Notes: a model not told the origin generated them from the letters alone. Counted from the first letter of the stretch, positions 1 through 11,234 are shown. The stretch: 64,000 bases of DNA from Opitutales bacterium (GCA_040398005.1 JBBAUX010000005.1:1-64000); one strand, 5' to 3'. Numbers and translations: made by a program.

Positions 1-1171
<1,171 letters not shown>

Positions 1172-1256
1172 AGGGGAAGGAGGTTTTTCTTCTAAGTTAA
1201 ACACCCTGTAAATCTATGCTGGATAGCAGGGTGGAGATTGCGGAACTCTTTATAGG

Positions 1257-1664
1257 ATGTGGCGATGGCTCAGAGCGATTTATTCAAGATTTCGAAAGCC
1301 CGAAAGTTTGGGTCAACGCGGGGAACGTTTAGCGGAGAGGTTTTATCGTGATCAAGGTTGTGTCATCCTTGCTCGTAATTGGAGGTGCGGGCAGGACGAG
1401 CTTGATTTAGTTGTTTTGGATGGAGTCGTCTTAGTCTTCGTTGAAGTGAAGACGCGGTCGGTCGATTGGGGTGGGGTGGGATATCGCGCAGTGGACCAAA
1501 GAAAGAAGACTGCCCTCCGCCGGGCGGCCATTGGGTGGTTGCGTCAAATAAGTCCCGTTCCCCATCGGCGCTTTGACATAGTCGAAGTTCTGGTTTGCCA
1601 AGCGGGAAACGTACGCCTCCTTCAACATAAGGGTGTACCCCTTTTTCGAAAGCATCACACTTGA
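1257..1664 (+). CDS. YraN family (UPF0102) PD-(D/E)XK-fold protein
   Basis: LGQRGE..A, ILARNWR, ELDLV, LVFVEVKTR and RFDIV motifs. Confidence 0.92.
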   Translation: MWRWLRAIYSRFRKPESLGQRGERLAERFYRDQGCVILARNWRCGQDELDLVVLDGVVLVFVEVKTRSVDWGGVGYRAVDQRKKTALRRAAIGWLRQISPVPHRRFDIVEVLVCQAGNVRLLQHKGVPLFRKHHT

Positions 1665-1669
1665 ATCCG

Positions 1670-3214
1670 ATGTCCGACTCTGACCGTCATCCATTTCTCG
1701 CCGGTTTAAGCAAGCACCGCGGTGCCCAGCCCACCTGCCTCATCATTTTCGGCGCCTCCGGCGACCTCGCTTCGCGTAAATTACTTCCCGCCCTGTACAA
1801 CCTCGCGGTCGATAGTCTGTTGCCTTCGGATTTTTATTTAATTGGGTTTGGTCGTAAGCCGATTCCTGACACCGATTTCCAAACTTCGTCGGCTACCGAC
1901 ATTTCCAAGTTCTCCCGTCGAGAATATCGCGCCGACATTTGGAAGCGTGTCAGCGACCAGACTTTTTACCAAGCAGGTGGTTATGATGAGCCCGCAGCTT
2001 ACGAGAGTTTAAAACAAAAAATCGCCGTTGCCGAAAAATCAGCCGGTCGTCCTCTGCAATTAGTATTCTACGTTTCAACTCCCCCTACAGTCTTTGAAGC
2101 GATTTTAGAAAACTTAGGAAAATCGGGTTTAGCGGCCCGCGGTCAGGGCACCGCCCTCGAGAGCAAAGTGATTATCGAAAAGCCCTTTGGTCGCGACCTC
2201 GACTCAGCCGTCCAATTAAACAAAGTAGCCGCAAGTAATTTCCTTGAGCCACAGATTTATCGTATCGACCACTATTTAGGCAAAGAAACAGTGCAGGATT
2301 TACTCGTGCAACGTTTTGCGAATCCGATTTTCGAACCTCTCTGGAATAATAAACACGTCGCCCACGTACAAATTACCGTGTCCGAAGAATTAGGCGTGGG
2401 TTCACGCGGTGGTTATTATGATCATAGCGGTGCGACGCGTGATATGTTGCAAAATCACACGATGCAGTTACTCGCCTTAACGGCGATGGATCAGCCCGCT
2501 TCACTTTCCGCTGAGCATATTCGTAATGAAAAAGTAAAATTACTGAAATCCGTTCAGCCTTTACGTCTCGGACCTAATGGCGATGCCGTGCGTGCTCAAT
2601 ACACCGCAGGATTATCGGGTGGCGAAAACGTCATCGGATATCACCAAGAAAAAGATATTCCTAATCATTCCTCCACGGAGACTTTTTGTGCATTGCGTCT
2701 CACGATTGATAATGCGCGTTGGGCGGGCGTTCCGTTTTACATGCGTTCGGGTAAGCGTTTAGCCCGACGTGTTTCTGAAATCGCCGTACAATTTAAACAG
2801 CCTGTTACAGGGCTATTTGCGGAAGATTCGCGCTACGACATCGCCCCGAATCGCCTGGTGATTCAGATTCAACCCGATGAAGGGGTGACGTTGGTGATGA
2901 ATTCAAAAGTGCCTGGTTTAGAGCCACGCACACAGCCAGTGCGCTTGAGTTTCCGTTACGCGACGACCTTTGGTTCGAATACGCCCGAGGCTTATGAGCG
3001 TTTGATTCTCGATGCGATTGTCGGCGACCGCACATTATTTATCCGTGGTGATGAAACCGAAGCATCGTGGCGCTTGTTTACACCTCTGCTGAAAAGTTGG
3101 GAGCAGTTAGGTAAATCGGGTGTGGAGACTTATGCTGCGGGATCTTGGGGTCCAGCAGGAGCTGACGACTTATTATCGGCGCAAGGACACAACTGGCGTA
3201 ACGCCGGGCGATAA
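1670..3214 (+). CDS. zwf: Glucose-6-phosphate 1-dehydrogenase
   Basis: GASGDLA, EKPFG and RIDHYLGKE motifs. ATG 1670 preferred over TTG 1661. Confidence 0.98.
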   Translation: MSDSDRHPFLAGLSKHRGAQPTCLIIFGASGDLASRKLLPALYNLAVDSLLPSDFYLIGFGRKPIPDTDFQTSSATDISKFSRREYRADIWKRVSDQTFYQAGGYDEPAAYESLKQKIAVAEKSAGRPLQLVFYVSTPPTVFEAILENLGKSGLAARGQGTALESKVIIEKPFGRDLDSAVQLNKVAASNFLEPQIYRIDHYLGKETVQDLLVQRFANPIFEPLWNNKHVAHVQITVSEELGVGSRGGYYDHSGATRDMLQNHTMQLLALTAMDQPASLSAEHIRNEKVKLLKSVQPLRLGPNGDAVRAQYTAGLSGGENVIGYHQEKDIPNHSSTETFCALRLTIDNARWAGVPFYMRSGKRLARRVSEIAVQFKQPVTGLFAEDSRYDIAPNRLVIQIQPDEGVTLVMNSKVPGLEPRTQPVRLSFRYATTFGSNTPEAYERLILDAIVGDRTLFIRGDETEASWRLFTPLLKSWEQLGKSGVETYAAGSWGPAGADDLLSAQGHNWRNAGR

Positions 3215-3217
3215 ACT

Positions 3218-4186
3218 ATGGCTCATCCTATTTTAGATCACCTGTCGGGCTTCCCCTTAAAAGTATCGGAAGCGCTCAATGCGCTTAACAAGGCGTGGTC
3301 GGATGAGGGTGAAGAAGCCTCACGGGCTTCGCAGATGAATTTAATTTTAATGTTTGGTGCGAGGGTGACGCCGGCTGATGCGCAGGCTCGTTTCGATGAA
3401 GCCGTTTTATTTGCTCAGCGCTATCCTTGTCGTGTCATTGTTTTAGCCGCCCGTCCAACTGCCGAAGCTCATGCACCTTTAGAAGCCAAAGTGAATGTCG
3501 TTTGTTTCTTTGATCCTAATCGTCGCGGTAAACGTTGCTGCGAAGCCTTAATGTTAGCGCACGGTAAGCCCACTAACGAACTCGAATCACTCGTCTCCAC
3601 TTGGTTGGAAGGCGATTTACCGGTGAATCTTTGGGCTCATGGTGTCACCGATGAGGAGATGGATCCTTGGCTCGTTTGGACGAAGTGTTGCCGTCGCATT
3701 GTCGCCGATCGCACGATTACGGGTAATGATTTCTTCTCACTGCCATTTCCGAAGCCCTCTGCCGTTCGCGATTTATCGGTCGCGCGTTGTTTGCCGGTAC
3801 GTCAGGCCATTGGACAGTTTTTAGCGGCGCATAAACCTGAAATTTTAGTGAAAGGTTTAAAAACCGTTACCATGAATCACACCCCCTCGATGCGTGGTGA
3901 GGCGATGGGACTATTAAATTGGATGCGCGATTGCTTGGTCGAATGTGCCAAGGTCGCTCAGCTTCCACTACAGGCCGAATTTAAATTAGCGGAAGAGGCA
4001 CCCGCGGGTGATAACTTAGATGCCGAATGGGTATTTGAAGATGGGAGTCGTTTTTCGTGGGAGCACGCGGATCAAGGCACGTGGGCTGGGTTACGTTTTA
4101 CACGGGGTGAAACCACGCAATCCTTAGCTCAACGCGTGGCTTTCATGGGCCCAGCGCAGGCCCTCTCTGAAGCGATATTTTTCTAG
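3218..4186 (+). CDS. opcA: G6PD assembly/activator protein OpcA
   Basis: Starts 3 nt after zwf; RASQMNLI, PCRVI, CCE and DLPVNLW match the OpcA pattern. Confidence 0.85.
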   Translation: MAHPILDHLSGFPLKVSEALNALNKAWSDEGEEASRASQMNLILMFGARVTPADAQARFDEAVLFAQRYPCRVIVLAARPTAEAHAPLEAKVNVVCFFDPNRRGKRCCEALMLAHGKPTNELESLVSTWLEGDLPVNLWAHGVTDEEMDPWLVWTKCCRRIVADRTITGNDFFSLPFPKPSAVRDLSVARCLPVRQAIGQFLAAHKPEILVKGLKTVTMNHTPSMRGEAMGLLNWMRDCLVECAKVAQLPLQAEFKLAEEAPAGDNLDAEWVFEDGSRFSWEHADQGTWAGLRFTRGETTQSLAQRVAFMGPAQALSEAIFF

Positions 4187-4207
4187 AATCTCATTAATTA
4201 AGATACG

Positions 4208-6406
4208 ATGAATTCGGATTTAGAAAGTAGAATTATTTTAGTCGAAGATTTACTAAAGAGTAATCAAATCGAGGAAGGTAAAAAAGTAGTCGATGAATTA
4301 GTAGCTTTAGAACCTCAGCACTTCCGAGTCATTTTTTTATCGGGATTGGTGTACGCGATGAGTGGTCAATTGAATGAAGCTGCTGAAAGATTCCGTAAAG
4401 TACTCGAGTTGAGTCCTCTGCACTTTGGTGCGATGGAGAATTTGGGCTTATGTTTATTGAAACTTAATAAACTCGAAGAAGCCGGAATCGTTCTTAAAGA
4501 AGCCCTAAAAATAGATCCGGAGTCCTTCTCTGTGCTTCGGGCGTTGGGTACTATCACCTTTAACCTAAAGAAGTTTACGGAGGCCTATGTCTATTTGGAT
4601 AAGTTAAGAAAAGTTAATTTTTTAGACACTCGGTTAACCACCATTTACGCCTACACCTTGTACAAGGTGAATAAAGTTAATGAGGCCCTCGGGCTTTTAG
4701 CAGAAGTTAGTATCAGGGAGCCAAATCAATATTTGTCTTTGGCTTACCAGGGCCAAATTCTCTTCGAACTAAAAAAATACCCAGAATCACTTAAGTTTTT
4801 TGATAGCGTTTTGAAAATAGATAATAATTTAGCTGAAGCATGGAGTTATCGAGCACTCAACTATCTTGAATTAGAAAAAAATCCTGAGGCGCTTTTTGCT
4901 TTTCAGAAAGCCGCCCAATTAGAGCCTAGGAATGATGCCTATTGGGCCAATCTTGCGGTTTATTTCGTTCGCAATAATGATAAACAAAAAGCGGTAGAAT
5001 GCTTTGAGCGTTGTTATGAGATTTGTTCCGAGTCAGGTAACTACCTAGGTGCACTTTTGCATATGAAAAAGTTTTGTGCCGATTGGAATGGCTACGATTA
5101 TTTAGTGAAAAGAATGAAACAGGGAATTAGCCAAGGTTTGCTGGTTACTTATCAGTTTGATTTATTAAGTACTTCCGACTCGGAAGAAGAACTCAAATTC
5201 AATGCTATTACTAATGCTCGGACTATGTCCGCTCCGACTTTGCCCCCGGCTATTTTTCCCAAAAAGGCCAATGCGAGTAAAATTAAGATAGGTTATTTGT
5301 GTGGTGAGTATCGTAATCACGCCATCGCAGTTTGTTTAGTAGGAGTCTTAGAAAATCATCATCGTGACCAGTTTGAGATTTTAGCTTTTGATTACACGCC
5401 TGATGACGGCAGCGAAGTCCGTCAAAGAATACTCAAGGCTTTTGATGGTGTTCATGATATTAAAGATATGACCGATGCTCAGGCTGCGTCATTCATTCGA
5501 CAAAAAGAAGTAGATATTCTCATTGATTTAAACGGCTTTGCGGATCGCCCTCGCCCAGGTGTTTTTGCGAATCGAGCCGCGCCTGTGCAGGTAAATTATC
5601 TTGGCTACCCAGGTACGCAAGGGGTCGATTATATGGATTACTTGATTGCCGACCCCACGGTAGTTCCCGTGCTGAGCCAGTCGTACTATAACGAGAAAAT
5701 TGCCTATCTGCCGCACACTTATATGCCGAATGATTTTGGTAAGGACAGGGAAATTAAACTGTCACTCTCCCGGCGGGAGTATGGCCTACCTGAAGAAGGT
5801 TTCATATTTTCTTGTTTAAATATTAGTTATAAAATTACTCCCCAGATTTTTGATATCTGGATGAATATTTTAAGACGAGTACCGGAGGGCTTTCTTTGGT
5901 TGCCTAAGAATAATGATGCCTTCCAAAAAAATATTCGTCGCGAGGCTGAACAAAGAGGGATTAACCCCGAGCGAATTATTTTTGCTCCACGTATTGCCGA
6001 ACGCACAAAATACATTGCACGGTATCGAGTGGCTGGACTGTTCTTGGATACTCTGCCCTATAACGCCCATGCGACGGCGAGTGATGCATTATGGGCTGGG
6101 GCTCCTCTTTTAACCTGTGTGGGCAAGACTCTACCAGGACGAGTGGCCGCTGGCATACTCAAAGCTCTCGATGTGCCTGAATTGATTACTGATTCATTAA
6201 AAGACTATGAAGACAGGGCCGTTGAATTAGCGACTCACCCCGAAAAACTTTCCGCGATTAAAGCTAAAATAAGAAATAATCGCTATACCACTCCCTTGTT
6301 TAATACGGCACAATATACTAAGCACCTAGAAGCCTTGTATATGGAAATGTTTAGAAGATTTCAGGACGGACTACCGCCTGATCATATCGAAGCCAGGTCC
6401 AACTAA
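4208..6406 (+). CDS. TPR-repeat GT41 (OGT/SPINDLY-like) protein glycosyltransferase
   Basis: N-terminal TPR helices; KIGYL..EYRNHA, DILIDLNG, APVQVNYLGYPGT, YKITP, LFLDTLPYNAHATASDALWAG, GRVAAG. Confidence 0.92.
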   Translation: MNSDLESRIILVEDLLKSNQIEEGKKVVDELVALEPQHFRVIFLSGLVYAMSGQLNEAAERFRKVLELSPLHFGAMENLGLCLLKLNKLEEAGIVLKEALKIDPESFSVLRALGTITFNLKKFTEAYVYLDKLRKVNFLDTRLTTIYAYTLYKVNKVNEALGLLAEVSIREPNQYLSLAYQGQILFELKKYPESLKFFDSVLKIDNNLAEAWSYRALNYLELEKNPEALFAFQKAAQLEPRNDAYWANLAVYFVRNNDKQKAVECFERCYEICSESGNYLGALLHMKKFCADWNGYDYLVKRMKQGISQGLLVTYQFDLLSTSDSEEELKFNAITNARTMSAPTLPPAIFPKKANASKIKIGYLCGEYRNHAIAVCLVGVLENHHRDQFEILAFDYTPDDGSEVRQRILKAFDGVHDIKDMTDAQAASFIRQKEVDILIDLNGFADRPRPGVFANRAAPVQVNYLGYPGTQGVDYMDYLIADPTVVPVLSQSYYNEKIAYLPHTYMPNDFGKDREIKLSLSRREYGLPEEGFIFSCLNISYKITPQIFDIWMNILRRVPEGFLWLPKNNDAFQKNIRREAEQRGINPERIIFAPRIAERTKYIARYRVAGLFLDTLPYNAHATASDALWAGAPLLTCVGKTLPGRVAAGILKALDVPELITDSLKDYEDRAVELATHPEKLSAIKAKIRNNRYTTPLFNTAQYTKHLEALYMEMFRRFQDGLPPDHIEARSN

Positions 6407-7014
6407 ACGCCTAACTCATTTTCCTTCATCCAATGGACTAATTGGGCGAAGGCTTTGGCGCGGTGACTGTGTTTGTCTTTGGTTTGAGGTTGGAGCTCGC
6501 CAAAAGTTTTATCGAAACCGCTCGGAATAAAAAGTGAGTCGTAACCAAATCCTTCGGTGCCGACTTCCGCTTCTAAAATACTGCCCCAGCATTGACCGAG
6601 GAATTTTTGCTCTTCGTTGTTCGGACCGAGGATGAGTAAATGACATTCGAAACGTGCGCCACGTTTATGGAGCGGAGCTTTTTTCATCGCATTCAAAAGC
6701 TTCGCACGATTTTCGGCATCGGTCGCATTATTTCCCGCGTACACGGCGGAGTCTACACCTGGTCCACCTTGTAAGGCATCGCAGCAAAGTCCGCTATCAT
6801 CCGCGAGCACCCAAGATTTGTAGGGTGCGATTCTTCGAAGGGCTTCTGCTTTCAATCGGCAGTTTCCGGTGAATGTGCCCGTGATTTCTTCGACGTAGGG
6901 CATCCCGCCAATCTCTTTGGCTGAGAAGACATTTATATTCAGTCCTGCCTTTTTAAATAACCGACTGAATTCCTCGGTTTTATGGGCATTTCCAGTGGCT
7001 AAATACAGATCCAT
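6403..7014 (-). CDS. rdgB: Non-canonical purine NTP pyrophosphatase (RdgB/HAM1)
   Basis: ATGNAHK, ADDSGL, GFGYD and SHR motifs. Start placed at ATG 7014 (MDLYL). Confidence 0.95.
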   Translation of the reverse strand: MDLYLATGNAHKTEEFSRLFKKAGLNINVFSAKEIGGMPYVEEITGTFTGNCRLKAEALRRIAPYKSWVLADDSGLCCDALQGGPGVDSAVYAGNNATDAENRAKLLNAMKKAPLHKRGARFECHLLILGPNNEEQKFLGQCWGSILEAEVGTEGFGYDSLFIPSGFDKTFGELQPQTKDKHSHRAKAFAQLVHWMKENELGV

Positions 7015-7121
7015 ACCCCAGCGTGGGGATAAATTTATGAAATGGAAAGGTTGAAAAGACCTCGAAAGGCTCGCCTTCACTCTCGCCCTCAGTGCCGCCA
7101 TCCTCCAAATTATTTAAAGCA

Positions 7122-7775
7122 ATGCCACTTCGTTGTTTAATCACCGCAGGACCCACCCGGGAGTTTTTTGATCCCGTACGCTTTGTGAGCAATCCCTCCA
7201 CCGGCAAGATGGGTTTTGCTCTGGCGAAAGCAGCCAAGGCCGCAGGGTGGACCGTCGATTTAGTGAGTGGACCCGTTTCACTGCCCGAGCCCGAAGGCGT
7301 GATGTTTTATCCGGTGGTAACGTCGGAAGAGTTGATGCGTCAGACCGATGCCTTATTTGGTCCGTGCGATATTTTAATTATGACCGCCGCGGTCAGCGAT
7401 TGGCGTCCTAAACAAACGCTTCCCCAGAAACTGAAAAAAGATGGCACGGACTTGAATTTAGAAATGGAACCGGTGCCGGATATTTTAGCGGCGATGGCGG
7501 CACAAAGAAAACCGGGACAGCTCTTAGTTGGATTCGCTGCCGAAACCGAAAACATCGAGGAACATGCTTTGGCGAAACTCAAGCGTAAGAAAATCGATTT
7601 GATTGCCGCTAATTCGGTAGCGGGAGTCGAAGGCGCTTTTGGGAATGACGATAATACGCTCATTTTATTGGGAAATAATGGATTTCGTCAGGTCTTAGGT
7701 CCGGCCTCCAAAGATAAAATTGCCGATTTATTAATTCAGCAAATTAGTCATATTATCGCTGCCCGAGTCGCATGA
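7122..7775 (+). CDS. coaB: Phosphopantothenate--cysteine ligase (CoaB domain only)
   Basis: [26 protein letters not shown] and GFAAET; no N-terminal CoaC flavoprotein domain. Confidence 0.9.
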   Translation: MPLRCLITAGPTREFFDPVRFVSNPSTGKMGFALAKAAKAAGWTVDLVSGPVSLPEPEGVMFYPVVTSEELMRQTDALFGPCDILIMTAAVSDWRPKQTLPQKLKKDGTDLNLEMEPVPDILAAMAAQRKPGQLLVGFAAETENIEEHALAKLKRKKIDLIAANSVAGVEGAFGNDDNTLILLGNNGFRQVLGPASKDKIADLLIQQISHIIAARVA

Positions 7776-8941
7776 AAAAAAGACATTTCAGTCCCTTGGA
7801 TAAAGTGTTGAGTCGTATCGACGGTCTCGACTCCCAAAACCTATCGATTTTGGTTCGTCGAATCGAACGTGAGCGCGATCTGATGGAAACCGTGCTCGAT
7901 ACCTTACGCGAAGGCGTGATTGTTTTATCGGCAGATGGTTCGATTGATTATGCTAACTCCGCAGCCGTACAATTACTCGGGGTGAGTATCGAAAAAGTGA
8001 CGGGTGCCGAGTTGCGAAGAATTTCTCCTGATATTGCCAAGGCCTTGGAATTGCCTGAACTCGTGGAAGCACTCACACGCGAGATTGAAGTGACTTATCC
8101 AGAGTCACGTTTTCTCCGACTACATCTTACCCGTGTGGGTTCGTTGAATGATTCAGAGAGCTCAAGAAGAGTGGCGGTATTGAGCGATGTCACGAAGGAG
8201 CGTGTACAAACAGAAGATCGGATTGAGAGTGAACGGATTGATTCGATTGTCGCCTTAGCGGCAGGTGTAGCGCACGAGATTGGTAATCCCCTGAATGCGA
8301 TTGGCCTGCATTTACAGGTCTTACAGCGCGCGGCGGAAAAACTGGGAGAAAGTCCTGAAGCCAAAAAAGTGCGCGACGCAGCGGAAGTTTGTCAGGGTGA
8401 AATCAAACGCCTCGATGGTATCGTCCGTGATTTCCTCGGAGCCGTGCGTCCCACTAAACCAAACTTGGTGGATACTGACTTGGTCGCAGTGGTGGCTGAG
8501 ACGATGAATTTATTACAAGACCAATTGAAGCAACTCGGCATTCGCGTGTCAGTCGATGTTGGCAGTGAGATCCCTTTAATTCACGCTGACCGTAATCAGA
8601 TTAAACAGGCCTTGTTTAATGTGATGAAGAATTCACTCGAGGCGTTGGATCGCGGAGGAGATATTTTTATTAATTTTTTGACGGATGATGAATGGGTGAT
8701 TTTGGCGGTTAAAGATACGGGCGTGGGAATTCCTGCCGATAAACTTACCCGCGTTTTCGATGCGTATTACTCCACTAAGGCGTCGGGCGGTGGTTTGGGT
8801 ATGATGATTTTACTTAAAATCCTTCGGGCCCACGGTGGCACCATTGATATTGCAAGTACGCCCAATGTGGGGACGACCGTAACCCTGCGTTTTCCACTGA
8901 AACATCGCCGGGTTCGTACATTAGATGCACCGAAGGCTTGA
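7772..8941 (+). CDS. PAS-domain cytoplasmic sensor histidine kinase (NtrB-like)
   Basis: PAS segment (EGVIVL..DG.I.YAN.AA), H-box AHEIGNPL, N-box NVMKNS, DTGVGI, GGGLGM. Confidence 0.92.
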   Translation: MKKRHFSPLDKVLSRIDGLDSQNLSILVRRIERERDLMETVLDTLREGVIVLSADGSIDYANSAAVQLLGVSIEKVTGAELRRISPDIAKALELPELVEALTREIEVTYPESRFLRLHLTRVGSLNDSESSRRVAVLSDVTKERVQTEDRIESERIDSIVALAAGVAHEIGNPLNAIGLHLQVLQRAAEKLGESPEAKKVRDAAEVCQGEIKRLDGIVRDFLGAVRPTKPNLVDTDLVAVVAETMNLLQDQLKQLGIRVSVDVGSEIPLIHADRNQIKQALFNVMKNSLEALDRGGDIFINFLTDDEWVILAVKDTGVGIPADKLTRVFDAYYSTKASGGGLGMMILLKILRAHGGTIDIASTPNVGTTVTLRFPLKHRRVRTLDAPKA

Positions 8942-8956
8942 AAGCTTGGGGGAAGG

Positions 8957-9838
8957 TTGCACTTTAAAGGTGTGAAAGTCATTCGAGCTAAATCGGCTGG
9001 ATTTTGTTGGGGCGTAGAACGTGCCATTGATATTGCACGTGAGTACGCTTCGAAGGGTCGTAGTCCGGTCTATACTGACGGACCGCTCATTCATAATCGT
9101 CAGATGATGGAAGTTTTGACGAAAGAGGGGATTCGCGAAGTGGGAGACTATAGCAGCCAAGCGGAATTGAATGTGAAGAAAGAAGATCAATCTGTGATGG
9201 TTGTGCGGGCCCACGGGATTTCTCCTGACCGCCGAAAATATTTAAAAAACCTTGGCATGGAATTTCGCGATGCGACTTGTCCGGACGTCGGTATTATCGC
9301 CGGTAAAGTTCGTATGTATGCGAAGAAGGGTTACGTCACTGTGATTTTTGGAGACCCAAAACACCCCGAAGTCATTGGCTTATTAGGTTATGCTGAGTCT
9401 GGTGGTCATGTGATTACTTCCCATGAAGAAATCGCCGCGTTACCGGCGTTAGGTGAGAAAGTTTGCATGGTATCGCAGTCGACCATGTTCACCGATGAAT
9501 TTCAGAACTTGGCGGCCGATTTAAAATCACGTTATCCGAAGGCTGAAATTTTTGATACCATTTGTGGGGCGACGAAGGATCGTCAGTCAGACGTCGTTGA
9601 ATTAACCAAGCAGGGCTGCCAGGCCATTGTGGTGATTGGGGGACGTCACTCCGCGAACACGGTGAAGTTGGCCAAGTTAGTCGAGCTACAGGGCTTACCT
9701 TGTTACCATGTTGAAACGGCTGCCGAGTTAGATTTTGGACAGTTACAGAAATATCAGACAGTTGGGGTGACGGCGGGTGCTTCGACCCCTGCTTTTTTGA
9801 TCGATGAGGTTTGTGTCAAATTAGAGGCGTTGAAGTAA
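8957..9838 (+). CDS. ispH: 4-hydroxy-3-methylbut-2-enyl diphosphate reductase
   Basis: GFCWGVERA, LIHN, RAHG, DATCP, HPEV, TICGAT, GVTAGASTP. Confidence 0.97.
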   Translation: MHFKGVKVIRAKSAGFCWGVERAIDIAREYASKGRSPVYTDGPLIHNRQMMEVLTKEGIREVGDYSSQAELNVKKEDQSVMVVRAHGISPDRRKYLKNLGMEFRDATCPDVGIIAGKVRMYAKKGYVTVIFGDPKHPEVIGLLGYAESGGHVITSHEEIAALPALGEKVCMVSQSTMFTDEFQNLAADLKSRYPKAEIFDTICGATKDRQSDVVELTKQGCQAIVVIGGRHSANTVKLAKLVELQGLPCYHVETAAELDFGQLQKYQTVGVTAGASTPAFLIDEVCVKLEALK

Positions 9839-9936
9839 TTAAACTGCTATAAATTTAGTATAAAATTATCAGTTTAGTTATTTCATCTTACTTGCGAAAT
9901 AGGGGAAGAGGGTTAAATTTCAAATAAATCATCCCC

Positions 9937-10536
9937 ATGCCAATCGTCCTCATCGTTCTTTTAGGTTTTTTAGTATTACTCGTCATTGTCGCCCTCATGG
10001 TGGTTGGCGTTTACAATACGCTCGTCACATTGCGCAATCTGTTCCGCAATGGTTTCTCACAAATCGATGTGCAGCTGAAACGCCGTCACGATCTGATTCC
10101 TAACTTAGTTGAAACCGCCAAAGGTTATATGGCTCACGAGCGTGGTACACTTGAGGCGGTGATCAATGCACGTGCTAAAGCAACCCAAGCCAATGTCCAG
10201 TTAGCTGGAAATCCAAACGACCCTAGCGCTGTTCGCAATGTCATGCAGGCCGAGTCGGGACTTTCGGGTGCCTTAAGTCGTCTCATGGTCGTCGCCGAAA
10301 ACTATCCTCAATTAAAAGCCGATGTGACCATGAAACAGCTCATGGAAGAACTCGCTTCAACGGAAAATCGTATCGCTTTTGCCCGTCAGGGTTACAACGA
10401 CAACGTCCTGCAGTTTAATAATGCTCGCGAAGTTTTCCCTAATATTTTCGTGGCTAATATCTTTGGTTTCGTTGCCGCCGACTTCTTTAAGATTGAGACG
10501 GAAGCCGAACGCGTCGCTCCAAAAGTTTCGTTTTAA
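9937..10536 (+). CDS. lemA: LemA family protein
   Basis: N-terminal TM, then QIDVQLKRRHDLIPNLVE, ENYPQLKA, ENRIAFARQ.YN. Confidence 0.96.
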   Translation: MPIVLIVLLGFLVLLVIVALMVVGVYNTLVTLRNLFRNGFSQIDVQLKRRHDLIPNLVETAKGYMAHERGTLEAVINARAKATQANVQLAGNPNDPSAVRNVMQAESGLSGALSRLMVVAENYPQLKADVTMKQLMEELASTENRIAFARQGYNDNVLQFNNAREVFPNIFVANIFGFVAADFFKIETEAERVAPKVSF

Positions 10537-10546
10537 TTAATATTTT

Positions 10547-11182
10547 ATGAGTCTGAATGCTGAACAAACTGATTTAGTAAACCGCGGTATTAACGCCAAG
10601 AATCCGTTTGATATCGGATTCTGTTTTAATGCTGCCATGGAGGCGATGAAGAACAATTTTTGGACGATTGTGATTGGCCACATTATCTGGATAGTGGCGG
10701 TGATTATTTTAGAGTTAACCTGGGTTGGAATTTTACTCGTTCCAGCAATGGCTATTGGAATGTTTAGATTTAATTTAAGTTGTATCAGAAATCAGTCTGT
10801 CACGATTTCAGATATTTTTAGAGGTTTTGATTTATTCGGACCATCGCTGGCGTGGCTTTTTGTTTATACACTTTTAATTATTTTAGGGTATTGCCTGTGC
10901 ATCCTTCCCGGCATTTATCTTTCGATTGCTTGGGTGTTTTCTCTGATGATTTTGGCCGATAAGAAATACGGTTTCTGGGAAAGCATGGAAATGAGTCGCC
11001 AAGTCATTACCGCAAACTGGGGCTGGATGCTTCTGCTGTTGTTTGTATCATCGGTGATTGCCGTGCTTGGAGTTTTAGGCTGTTTTATTGGTTTATTCAT
11101 CACGATTCCATTTTCCTATTTAATGCTCGCAGCTGCTTACACTCGGGCGTTCGACAGCCAAGACGCCACGGTTGATATCTAA
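10547..11182 (+). CDS. Integral membrane protein (DUF975-like), about 4-5 TM segments
   Basis: Hydrophobic segments with ISDIF.GF, CILPGIY and WESMEMS..V pattern. Confidence 0.75.
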   Translation: MSLNAEQTDLVNRGINAKNPFDIGFCFNAAMEAMKNNFWTIVIGHIIWIVAVIILELTWVGILLVPAMAIGMFRFNLSCIRNQSVTISDIFRGFDLFGPSLAWLFVYTLLIILGYCLCILPGIYLSIAWVFSLMILADKKYGFWESMEMSRQVITANWGWMLLLLFVSSVIAVLGVLGCFIGLFITIPFSYLMLAAAYTRAFDSQDATVDI

Positions 11183-11205
11183 TTCGTTGGGATTGGAATC
11201 GGGAG

Positions 11206-11226
11206 GTAGGCACGACGAAGTCGTGC
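11206..11226 (+). repeat. REP-like GTAG hairpin
   Basis: GTAG followed by perfect 7-bp stem GCACGAC-GAA-GTCGTGC, between convergent genes. Only one copy seen. Confidence 0.45.
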
Positions 11227-11234
11227 TGACACAA

